From NCBI GenBank assembly GCA_963755915.1, contig CAVWLP010000002.1:4544001-4608000 (forward strand): a stretch of 64,000 nt of DNA. The letters are read 5' to 3'. This stretch comes from an uncultured Phycisphaerales bacterium. GTDB taxonomy: Bacteria > Planctomycetota > Phycisphaerae > Tepidisphaerales > Tepidisphaeraceae. The translations under genes and the position numbers were made by a program. The notes under the pieces are model-generated. The model was not told where the DNA came from. It ran no database searches and worked only from the letters and a program-made list of their open reading frames with translations. This document shows positions 53,497 to 64,000 of this stretch, in pieces (within the stretch, counting starts at the first letter, position 1; each line of letters starts with the position of its first letter).

Positions 53497-54648
53497 TCAA
53501 AGCGCCGGCACCCACAGATACGCCCGCAACGTCAGCACCGAAAGGGTTGCACCGAGCATGACAAACAGAACCTGAACCGTCGAAGGGAGCCGCCGCGCCA
53601 GAGGCGCCACGGGCATCAGGCAGGCGGCGGCCCGCATCGGCTGCGCGTTCACGCCCATCATCAGTGGAAACATGCAGTAAACCGCCGCATAGATCAGCAG
53701 GAGCCGATCCATCCCGGGTCGACGTCGCCAGGTCATTGCTCCCCACATCAAGCTTACGCCGATGGCGGCCGTCACAACCACAATTTCCGCTAGCCGGCCG
53801 TCGGAGATCGGCTCGGTGCGCCACAGATATTTCAACTGTTTCAGGACAGTCATTGCCGGATTGTGCAAACCATATCCATATTTCTGCTGGACCAGGAAAA
53901 ATGCGTTCCAGTGGCCGACCGCGATCTGCTGACCAAGCAGAACCACCGCCAGTCCCAGCATGGTCATGCCGCCAACGATCGCGGCTGGGGCCACTCGTTT
54001 CACCAGCGATTGCCTGCCCGGTGCGATCAACAAAAAGAAGGCAATCACAGGAGCCAATAGAAATCCGGTGCTGTAAGCAGCCGCCGCGAAAAAGCCGGCA
54101 ACGCCCGCCCTCCACCACCCTTTCGCCAATACCTGATCGACGCACAGCAGCGCCAAAAACGTCATCAGTGAGATCGGAAATATCGCGTGTTGGTACACCT
54201 GTCCCGGGAAAAATGCTGCCAGCAGCAAACATGCAAACGCCCGTCCGCTGGGAACGTCGAGAAGAAATCGGTTCCACAGCAGCACCAGCGCCGCAAAATG
54301 AAAAATCGCCGACAACAATATTCCCGCGATGATGGAACTTATCCCCGCGTCGGCAACCGCCCGAATCATCAGCGGATAAAGCGGCATCCACCCTGTGTTT
54401 CCCATGTAAGCGCCTTTGGGATATCCATCGGCGCCATCGGAGACGTAAAAGTTATAACCGCTTTGACTGATCTGAATATAATGGCCCGAATCCCCCCGCT
54501 GCCAGGTCGAGGCCGCGTGCGGATCAAAGCCTTCGCAACCGATGACGACCATCAGAAAAATCCGGGCAACAAAAAAGGCCATCAGCGGAGGCAGAATAAT
54601 CCAAAACCAGGTTCGCGACCGCCTATTTGCCTCGCCTGAGACGCTCAT
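53497..54648 (-). CDS. GT-C membrane mannosyltransferase-like protein (PIG-V/Gpi18-like)
   Basis: WQRGDSGHYIQI..GY and WMPLYP in the first loop; about 9 TM helices. Confidence 0.65.
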   Translation of the reverse strand: MSVSGEANRRSRTWFWIILPPLMAFFVARIFLMVVIGCEGFDPHAASTWQRGDSGHYIQISQSGYNFYVSDGADGYPKGAYMGNTGWMPLYPLMIRAVADAGISSIIAGILLSAIFHFAALVLLWNRFLLDVPSGRAFACLLLAAFFPGQVYQHAIFPISLMTFLALLCVDQVLAKGWWRAGVAGFFAAAAYSTGFLLAPVIAFFLLIAPGRQSLVKRVAPAAIVGGMTMLGLAVVLLGQQIAVGHWNAFFLVQQKYGYGLHNPAMTVLKQLKYLWRTEPISDGRLAEIVVVTAAIGVSLMWGAMTWRRRPGMDRLLLIYAAVYCMFPLMMGVNAQPMRAAACLMPVAPLARRLPSTVQVLFVMLGATLSVLTLRAYLWVPAL

Positions 54649-54657
54649 CGCTGCCGC

Positions 54658-55799
54658 CTAAACCGCAATCGACCTGCTCGAATCCTTCAAAACCTGGTTC
54701 GCCCGATCGATCACATCCCGCGCTTCGATATCCCGCATGCACGCATGCCCATGCGGGCACTGCCGAACCGACCGCAGATAGCACGGCGAGCAGGGCAGAT
54801 CCAGCCGGACGACCGCATGCGGCCTTCCGTACGGCCCGATCCACAGCGGATCCGTCGGCCCGAAAATGCTCACCACCGGGCGATGCAGCGCCACCGCCAG
54901 GTGCATCGGACCCGAATCGTTGGTAATGCACAAATCCGCGCGCTGCGTCAGGGCCGCCAGCTCGCTGATCTTCGTTTGCCCGCACAAATTCAGCACCGCC
55001 GGGCACATATTCACCAGCTCGCTGCAAACCGGCCGGTCGTTCCCCGATCCGATCGCCGCAACGCTCCACCCCTGGCTTGAGAAATGCCGCGCCACTTCCG
55101 CGAATCCATCCGTGCGCCAACGCTTGGTGTCCCACACCGTCCCCGGGCTGATGAGCAGCAGCGGCCGGTCCACCGCGCCGTGCTGCCCCAGCAGCTCTTC
55201 CGCGTGCGCGGCCGCCTCGGCTGGAATCGGCACGTGAAAATCCGGCGCTTTGGGCGAAAAACCCAGCATCTCCCCGAGCCACAGATATCGATCCACCGCG
55301 TGCGCCTCCAGCGTGGGAATCGCGATGTGATGCGAATACGCCACCCACGAAATCTCCCGCGCCGGTCCAACCGTGTTTGTACGCTTCAGCCGGCAGTTGC
55401 CGGAGCGAACTGAACGATTTTCTGCGCGGCCGGTCAAACCCGATCCGCACCGGCGCTCCCGTCGCCAACGCGAAGAACGCCGAGCGAAACTGCCCGTGCA
55501 AATCGATCACCAGGTCATACCCGCCCGTCGTCAGCTCCTTCATCAGCTTCCAGAAAAGCGCCGCGCCTGCGCGGCTGCACCAGCGCCTTGCGATCGAATT
55601 CCAGGACGCGATTCAGCGCCGGGTGGTGCCCCACCCATTCGGCGATCGCCGGGCTCATCATCCAATCGATCCGCGCATCCGGATACCTCTGGCGCAGTTT
55701 CACCAGCACCGGGACGGTGTGAATCACGTCCCCCAGCGCCGAGGGTTTAATCAGAAGAATCCTGTGGAATTCTCTGGTGCTTAGATTGCTACTGGCCAA
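54658..55799 (-). CDS. GT9 heptosyltransferase-like protein (frameshifts near 55570 and 55360)
   Basis: ILLIKPSALGDV, YDLVIDLHG, KRW, TNDSGPMHLA, FGPT, CSPC...CM. Confidence 0.88.
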
Positions 55800-55853
55800 A
55801 AACCGTTTCCTTTTTGGGGGGTCTGCAAACAATCCTATGCCAAAGCGCTCTGG

Positions 55854-56531
55854 TCAATAGTTTGACGCATTCTCAGTTTCCGCTGAGGCTTTTCCCCCTT
55901 TTACCTTGCCCAGCATTTTCTTAATTGCGCCCGAGATCCCATGGCGGATCATCGCCATCTGCTTGTTGGCTTCGCCCTTCACCCAGTTGAATTGGATCAC
56001 GCGCCGCTCGCCGATGAACGGCAGATGCCCATGCCACGATTTATCCGAGCGCAAAAACGCCAAAAGCGCCCCGCCCATCGGCGGAACCTCCGCGGCAAAG
56101 TCTTCCAAATTGTTCCCCGAGCGCAGCAGCCGCAGCCGGCCGCCCTGGTTTTCCCAATTGGTGTTGAGGTACAAAAGCACGGTGATGATTTTGCTCGTCG
56201 AGTCGGTGTGGATGTTCCCATCCCGCGTTCCACAGCGGCCGCGGACGGTGATCGTCGAGGGGCGGCCGGAAAGATCCAGGCTGAATTTTTGCTCAAACGC
56301 CTGCCGGAATTCGTCCGAATTCAGCGCATCCACCATCGCCTGGAAATTGGGTCCGAACTTCAGCCCGGCCAGCGGAAGGCTCCCCGCATCGTCGATCTTC
56401 GGATAGTCGGCATTGATTTTCGTCAGCGCATCGGGCTTCACGAACTGTTCCATGATCAGGTAGTCGTAAGGATCATGAAGGAGAGGCGTCGCGGCGAATG
56501 CATCCATGTTAAAAACATCTGAAGTGGTCAT
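55854..56531 (-). CDS. 2OG-Fe(II) oxygenase
   Basis: HTD...SWHG...R facial triad; LLYLN, GGRLRL. Confidence 0.85.
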   Translation of the reverse strand: MTTSDVFNMDAFAATPLLHDPYDYLIMEQFVKPDALTKINADYPKIDDAGSLPLAGLKFGPNFQAMVDALNSDEFRQAFEQKFSLDLSGRPSTITVRGRCGTRDGNIHTDSTSKIITVLLYLNTNWENQGGRLRLLRSGNNLEDFAAEVPPMGGALLAFLRSDKSWHGHLPFIGERRVIQFNWVKGEANKQMAMIRHGISGAIKKMLGKVKGGKASAETENASNY

Positions 56532-56762
56532 AGGATTTTCCTTAAGCCCATGAGGAGGAACTTTCCGGGGCATGTTCTAATCGGGATGAAGCTAAGATTC
56601 TACGCATTGGATGTTGTGCGCGACTTTCGCGGAATGTTTTTTTGTGAGGACCCTACGGTACAAAAGGTAACACTCCGCGTCAAAATGGAGTAAACAGGAA
56701 AGATGGGTAAGCTAATCGGCAAGCGCTTGCCGAATTGGTTTTGCGAGACCAGAATACAGGGG

Positions 56763-58828
56763 ATGATTCGAATCAAATTGCTGCACGTGATGTTTACTTT
56801 GGTTTTGGGACGGATCATTTGCGGAGTTCAGTGGGCTGGGGCCGCAGACACAGTTTTTCTCGACGCCAACGCCCCAGGCAAGCGGTTCGATGGCGTCGGC
56901 GCTGTCAGCGGGGGCGGGGCGACCTCGGTGCTGCTGAAGGACTATCCCGAGCCGCAGCGAAGCGAGATTCTCGATCTTCTCTTCAAACCGAAATTCGGGG
57001 CCTCGATGTCCGCGCTCTATGTCGAGGTGCCGGGCGATGGAAATTCCACCCAAGGCACGGAGCCCAGTCACATGCACTGGCGCGACGACCAGAATTATCA
57101 GCGTGGCTACGAGTGGTGGATCATGCGCGAAGCGAAAAAGAGAAATCTCTTCCTCACACTCGACGCCTGCGCGTGGAGTTGCCCCGGCTGGGTCGGGGGG
57201 GAGAGTTCTGGACGCAGGACATGTGCGACTATTATGTGAAATGGATTCTGGGGCTCAAAAGCATTTATGGACTGGATCTCGACGCCGTGGGCTGCCGCAA
57301 CGAACGCGGGTCGGTCGAATTCTTTCCGAAACTGCTTCGCAAAGCCCTCGACCGAAGCGGGCTGCAAAGCGTCAAGATTCACGCGTTTGACGGCAACGGC
57401 CCGAGCAAATGGGACTGGTGCGCCGACCTGGCCACGGACGCAGACCTTAGAAACTCGGTCGATATCATCAGCAATCACACGATGTCCGTGGTCCCCACGC
57501 CCCAGGCGGTGATAGCGCTCTCCGAACGGCTTGGCAAACCGATCTGGAACACCGAAGAGCACATTTACAGCGACTCGGAGCATTCCTATGGCGACGACTG
57601 GGACTGCGCCATCGGCGCCGTTCATCAGTTCAACGAGAACTTTATCCAAAGCGGCGTGACTAAAATCGTGAACTGGTACCTTGTCGGTTCGGTCTATGGA
57701 ATCGAGCCCTACGCCCAGCAGCCCCCGGCGATCATCGCCAACTCCCCCTGGAGCGGCCATTACTCCATCAAGCCGATCCTGTGGAGCTACGCACATTACG
57801 GACAGTTTTCGCGGGCGGGCTGGCAGTACATGACCTCCGCGTGTCGCAACCTCTCAGAGGGCGGCTCGGTCGTGGCGCTGAAATCTCCGGAGGGAGACTT
57901 CAGTCTGATCGCCGAAACCGCCGGCGCATCGGCAGCTCAAAAAATTACCTTCGATATCGGTCCGGGGCTTCATGCGAAAACGCTTTGCGTGTGGCGCACC
58001 AACCGGGATGCGCAGTTCGTCCGGCTCGCCGACATCATTCCCGCCGCGGGCGCGTTTGCGATCCAACTCGACCCGAATTCCATCTACTCGATTTCCACGA
58101 CCACCGGCCAGCAAAAAGGCACCGCCGGTGAGATTCCCCCCGATGCGCCTTTCCCCCTGCCGTACCGGGACGATTTCAACCACTACGCGAACCCGAGGCA
58201 GTTCGGGTATCTGCCCCACTACACCGCGGACATCTGCGGCGTTTTCGAAATCGGCAACCGCCCCGATGGAAAGGGAAAGTGCCTCCAGCAGGTGCTCGAC
58301 GCCAAGGCCCAAAGCTGGGCGCCGGAATGGATTCCCTATACCGTCCTGGGCGACGCCAATTGGACGGATTACGAAGTCAGCGCCGATATCTACCTGCCGG
58401 ATGGCGGGTGGGCGGGAGTGATGGGGCGAGTGAGCAGCACCGGCAACGGATGGGACGGCGACCCCAACGGATATTACGCGCGCCTCTACGCCGACGGCGG
58501 CTGCGCGCTCTACCTGGCCGAACAGAATATCCGCGGCCCGCGCCAGCACGAACTTGCCCTGGGAAGCGCGGAGCATTGGCGCTGGAACCGCTGGCACCGC
58601 GTGATGCTGCGATTCCAGGATTCGAAGATTTCCGTGCTTGTGGATGGATCGCTGGTCTGCTCCGCGGAGGATCAGACATTTTCAAGCGGCATGGCCGGCC
58701 TGATCGCCGCCGGCGAAGGAAACGACCGGCACAGGGCCATGTTCGACAACGTGATAATCAATCGCGTAAACAGCCCAACGCCCGCGCCTACGATTTTTCC
58801 GCAGGACCAAGCCCCAATCTATCCATAA
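56763..58828 (+). CDS. Secreted GH59 galactosylceramidase-like hydrolase (frameshift at the G-run near 57197)
   Basis: [52 protein letters not shown]. Confidence 0.88.
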
Positions 58829-58831
58829 ATC

Positions 58832-60805
<1,974 letters not shown>

Positions 60806-60852
60806 CTCGTTCTCCTCGCTTTGGGGGCCATAGCTTACGTTATCGATGGGCC

Positions 60853-60870
60853 ATGCACCAATCGCGCCAC
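60853..60870 (-). promoter_or_regulatory. Putative sigma-54 promoter of acs
   Basis: GTGGCGCGATTGGTGCAT: GG-N10-GC, about 50 nt upstream of ATG. Confidence 0.45.
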
Positions 60871-61002
60871 TTGGGACGATGGGAGATCGCCGAATCCAGT
60901 TGCCACGCATGCGCCAGGGCGAATTCGGCGCGCTGGACGGCGCCGCGGTGGAACGCCACCGCCACCTGTTCGCTGCCGCCCCATTGCATAAGCGGGGATC
61001 GG

Positions 61003-62082
61003 TTATGATTTCTTGGACGCGAAATCCTTCATGAACTGCGACAAAGCCTGGCACCCTTCCACCGGCATGGCGTTGTAGATGCTGGCGCGAATTCCGCCGA
61101 CCGTGCGGTACCCCTTAAGGGCCACCATCCCATTCTTCGCGGACGTCTTCACGAATTCGTCCGTCAGCTCTTCGCTGGGAAGGCGATACGTCACGTTCAT
61201 GTGCGACCGCTGCTCCTTGTTGGAAACGGTGCCCTTGTAGAACCCGTTGCTGTTGTCGATCGCGCCGTAGATCAGGCCGGCCTTGGTCGTGTTCCGTTTC
61301 TCCATGGCCGCAAGCCCGCCCTGCGCCTCCAGCCAGCGGAATACTTCCAGGAGAACGTAAATGCTGAACGTGGGCGGCGTGTTGATCATCGACTTGTTCT
61401 CAGCCTGGTCCTTGAAGCTCCAGAGCTTGCTGATGACCTTCTTCTGCTTCGGATAAAGGTCCTTCCGCACAATCGTCAGCACCACGCCCGACGGACCCAG
61501 ATTCTTCTGCGACCCGCCATAAACCAGCGCACAATCCTTCACCGGATGCGGCCGCGACATGAATTCGCTGCTGGCGTCCACAACCAGGTTCGGATGCTTC
61601 GGCCAGTTGGGCAGGCGATGGCCGTGTACGGTTTCGTTCGAGCAAACGTGGAAATAGTCGGCTTTGTCGGAGAGCTTCCAGTCGCCCGAAGCCGGAGAAT
61701 GGTCGAAATTGCTCGACTCGCTGCTGGCCACCACGTTCACGCTTCCCACTTCCTTTCCGAACGAAGCCGCCTTTTTGCTCCATTCGCCGGAGACGAGATA
61801 GTCGGCGCTGCCGTGCAGGAAATTCATCGGAATCGTGGTGAAAAGCTGCGTGGCTCCGCCATTGAGGAAAAGCACATCATGCGTGTCTCCCACCCCCAGA
61901 AGCTGCTTGCAGCGGGTGATCGCCTCATCGACGACGCCCTCGAATTCCTTCCCCCGGTGGCTCACCTCGGCAATCCCAAACCCCTTGCCCTGGTAATCGA
62001 GCAAGGCGGTCGCCGATTTTTCCAGGGCCTCCGTCGGCAACATCGCGGGCCCGGCACTGAAATTATAAACGCGGTTCGACAT
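61003..62082 (-). CDS. serC: Phosphoserine aminotransferase
   Basis: [43 protein letters not shown]. Confidence 0.96.
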   Translation of the reverse strand: MSNRVYNFSAGPAMLPTEALEKSATALLDYQGKGFGIAEVSHRGKEFEGVVDEAITRCKQLLGVGDTHDVLFLNGGATQLFTTIPMNFLHGSADYLVSGEWSKKAASFGKEVGSVNVVASSESSNFDHSPASGDWKLSDKADYFHVCSNETVHGHRLPNWPKHPNLVVDASSEFMSRPHPVKDCALVYGGSQKNLGPSGVVLTIVRKDLYPKQKKVISKLWSFKDQAENKSMINTPPTFSIYVLLEVFRWLEAQGGLAAMEKRNTTKAGLIYGAIDNSNGFYKGTVSNKEQRSHMNVTYRLPSEELTDEFVKTSAKNGMVALKGYRTVGGIRASIYNAMPVEGCQALSQFMKDFASKKS

Positions 62083-62107
62083 TTTTATTCCTTCGCTAAA
62101 CAACTGT

Positions 62108-62884
62108 TCAAGCTTCGTCCCATTGCCGGTGCAGGAAGGCGATCACGCGCTTCCCCACCGTTTCAAAATCGTTAAAGTTCAGCGCTTCGACGCTGATCGC
62201 CCCCGCATATTTCGCGCGCTTCAGAATCCGGAAAAACGGCCGGTAGTCCGATTTCCCGCTCTCCCCCGCCGCCACGCGACCCTCCAGGTCGGCCACGTGT
62301 ACGTGCCGGACCCACGGCGCGGCCGCTTCCAGCTCCGAAAGCTTTTCATTCTCCATCCAGAAATGATAGCTGTCCGCAAGGCATTGAAAGCTCTTGTGAT
62401 TCACCTGCCGGACATACGTCATCGCCTCGCCCACCGTGTTGATGATATTGCACTCACCCTTGTTCAGCGGCTCCGCCACCAGCGTAATTCCCGTCCGAGC
62501 GCATGCATCCGCCGCCATTTTACAGAAGGCGACGATCTGCTCCTGCGCCTTCGCCCGGTCAAACCCATCGGGAACATTTCTCGCCCCCCCGCTGCCGAAC
62601 ACCAGTATCTTGATCCCCACCCGCTGCGCCGCGCCGTCACATTGGCGATATATTTTTGGAGCCGCTCGAAATCCACCGCCGGACCGACGATTTTCAGGTC
62701 GCCTGGAACCAGTGAATTCGCCGCCGAGACCGGTAGCGCGCTGCGGCGCCGTCCACGTCCCCTGCCATTCCGCGTCCTCGACGAGGCCGCGCAGGAACGT
62801 CTGGACGTTCTCCTCCACAAAATCCGCCCCGGCCGTGCGGACTTCACCGGCACGCGAGGCCTTGGTGCAAATTCCGAAACGCAT
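62108..62884 (-). CDS. Sugar phosphate isomerase/epimerase (probably two compensating frameshifts, ~62750-62630)
   Basis: VFGSGGAR, EPLN, DSYH, HVHVAD, SVE. Confidence 0.85.
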   Translation of the reverse strand: MRFGICTKASRAGEVRTAGADFVEENVQTFLRGLVEDAEWQGTWTAPQRATGLGGEFTGSRRPENRRSGGGFRAAPKIYRQCDGAAQRVGIKILVFGSGGARNVPDGFDRAKAQEQIVAFCKMAADACARTGITLVAEPLNKGECNIINTVGEAMTYVRQVNHKSFQCLADSYHFWMENEKLSELEAAAPWVRHVHVADLEGRVAAGESGKSDYRPFFRILKRAKYAGAISVEALNFNDFETVGKRVIAFLHRQWDEA

Positions 62885-63071
62885 GTGAAAGATTCTAATT
62901 TGAACCGGGCGTTTTACAACCGCAATTTGCCGCCCGAAAATCGGGCCAAAAAAATCGCGGCATCAAATCGATTTCCGCTTTTTTATTCGGCATTTGGGGC
63001 TCTTCATTTAGCAAATGCGGCGAATCGTTTCCTAATCCCCGCGACAATCCGCCACATCCTGCCGAATCGCG

Positions 63072-63848
63072 TCAATCCCGCATCGCGATCCCATCCGCGG
63101 TTATCAGCAGCAGCTTGCTGGTAATCTGGTGAGGCATCTGCTCGTAGTCCCGCTCAATCTGGGGCCGCAGCCGCGAGACCGTCGCTTCTTCATTGCGGAA
63201 GCAGAGCAGGATGTCGCGATTGGGAATCCCCGCCGAAAACGGGCTCCCCAGATGCTCGCGCAGCCGTTCGTGAAGATCGGGCAAAAGCACCCGGCTGGCG
63301 TCGTAGCCGTCGAGCGTCTGGAAGAGGATCAGCTCCATTCGCCCGTCATCATCCTGCGCCGCGTGCGCCTGCACCGCCTGGCTTTTTTTCGTGAGGTTCC
63401 CCAGCGCGGTCTCGTGCAAATCGTCGATTTCCACGCCCCACTTATCCAGCCGTTTTTTCGTGATGTGCGAAATCGTCCGGTCGTTGTCGATCCCATAGGC
63501 CACCACAAGCCCCCCCACCAGCGGCTGCGTGACGGAAAGCTGATTGGGATCCGAATGCTCCGGCATCACCAGCGGCAGAATCCGCTCGGACAATTCTTCA
63601 AACGTCCCCTCCAAATCCGGCGTTCCCTCCGCGGCCCGCAGAAGCTCCACGATCCATCGCTCCACGTGCCGCCGCGTTCCTTCCGGCCGAAGCACCGACA
63701 TGCGATAGAGATTCTCCAGCGACGCCACGTGCCCGTTGACACGCATGGAAAACGGCTGATCCCCGCGGGCGATCTTCACCAGCGGGAATCGCTCACCCAC
63801 GACTTTGATGACTTCGTTGACGAATTGCTCGCGGGTGGGAGATTCCAT
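63072..63848 (-). CDS. DUF1444 (YtpQ-like) family protein
   Basis: ILPL, VVAYGID, ALGNL, DGYDASRVL, PNRDILL. Confidence 0.75.
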   Translation of the reverse strand: MESPTREQFVNEVIKVVGERFPLVKIARGDQPFSMRVNGHVASLENLYRMSVLRPEGTRRHVERWIVELLRAAEGTPDLEGTFEELSERILPLVMPEHSDPNQLSVTQPLVGGLVVAYGIDNDRTISHITKKRLDKWGVEIDDLHETALGNLTKKSQAVQAHAAQDDDGRMELILFQTLDGYDASRVLLPDLHERLREHLGSPFSAGIPNRDILLCFRNEEATVSRLRPQIERDYEQMPHQITSKLLLITADGIAMRD

Positions 63849-63873
63849 ACCAGATTATAGACTGCCCAGCAGG

Positions 63874-64000
63874 GAAACTCGAAATTCGAAACTCGAATCA
63901 AACCCGAATGACCGAAATTCGAAACAAATGCTCGCACCACGTTTCGAACATTCGAATTTCGAATTTGATTCGTCATTCGAATTTCGAATTTCGGGTTTTC
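63874..64000. repeat. Palindromic array of ~7-bp TCGAAAT-like units
   Basis: Left arm gaaactcgaaattcgaaactcgaatcaaa..., right arm ...tttgattcgtcattcgaatttcgaatttcgggttttc; reaches the window edge. Confidence 0.8.

Noticed and set aside
60806..61054. N-terminal extension of Acs in the ORF track
   Set aside because: SD-supported ATG at 60805; the extension overlaps serC and regulatory DNA
63874..64000. Possible CRISPR array
   Set aside because: Units are about 7 bp with no unique spacers, and no cas genes are present

Overview
GC-rich, gene-dense bacterial chromosome segment, most consistent with a Planctomycetota (Phycisphaerae/Tepidisphaerales-like) genome. This placement is inferred from the aroD-aroE fusion, thyX, PEP-CTERM proteins, zinc-ribbon membrane proteins and several TPR-glycosyltransferases. 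It holds about 57 genes. Housekeeping genes include thyX, mfd, dapB, thrC, a polyprenyl synthase, recA, thpR, aroDE, dapA, pdxJ, nnrE, surE, acs and serC. Accessory genes include GT-C/GT9/GT41 glycosyltransferases, GH43, GH59, two DinB proteins, a YpdA-like reductase, a VapBC-type toxin-antitoxin pair and two PEP-CTERM proteins. About 20 genes, including core ones, are broken by small indels, most likely long-read consensus errors. I found no rRNA, tRNA, CRISPR array, prophage or transposase. The most interesting signals are: (1) a recurring -10 box 5-9 nt before SD-less start codons (leaderless expression), including an 8-bp bidirectional core between nnrE and surE; (2) a GTTC-N7-GTTC direct repeat over the recA promoter; (3) a recurring (A/P)-T-T-x-P-like motif in secreted proteins alongside several GT-C enzymes; (4) a highly structured leader upstream of a PEP-CTERM gene; (5) an internally collapsed GT-C remnant; and (6) several palindromic repeat elements. 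All functional calls come from motif recognition only; no searches were run.
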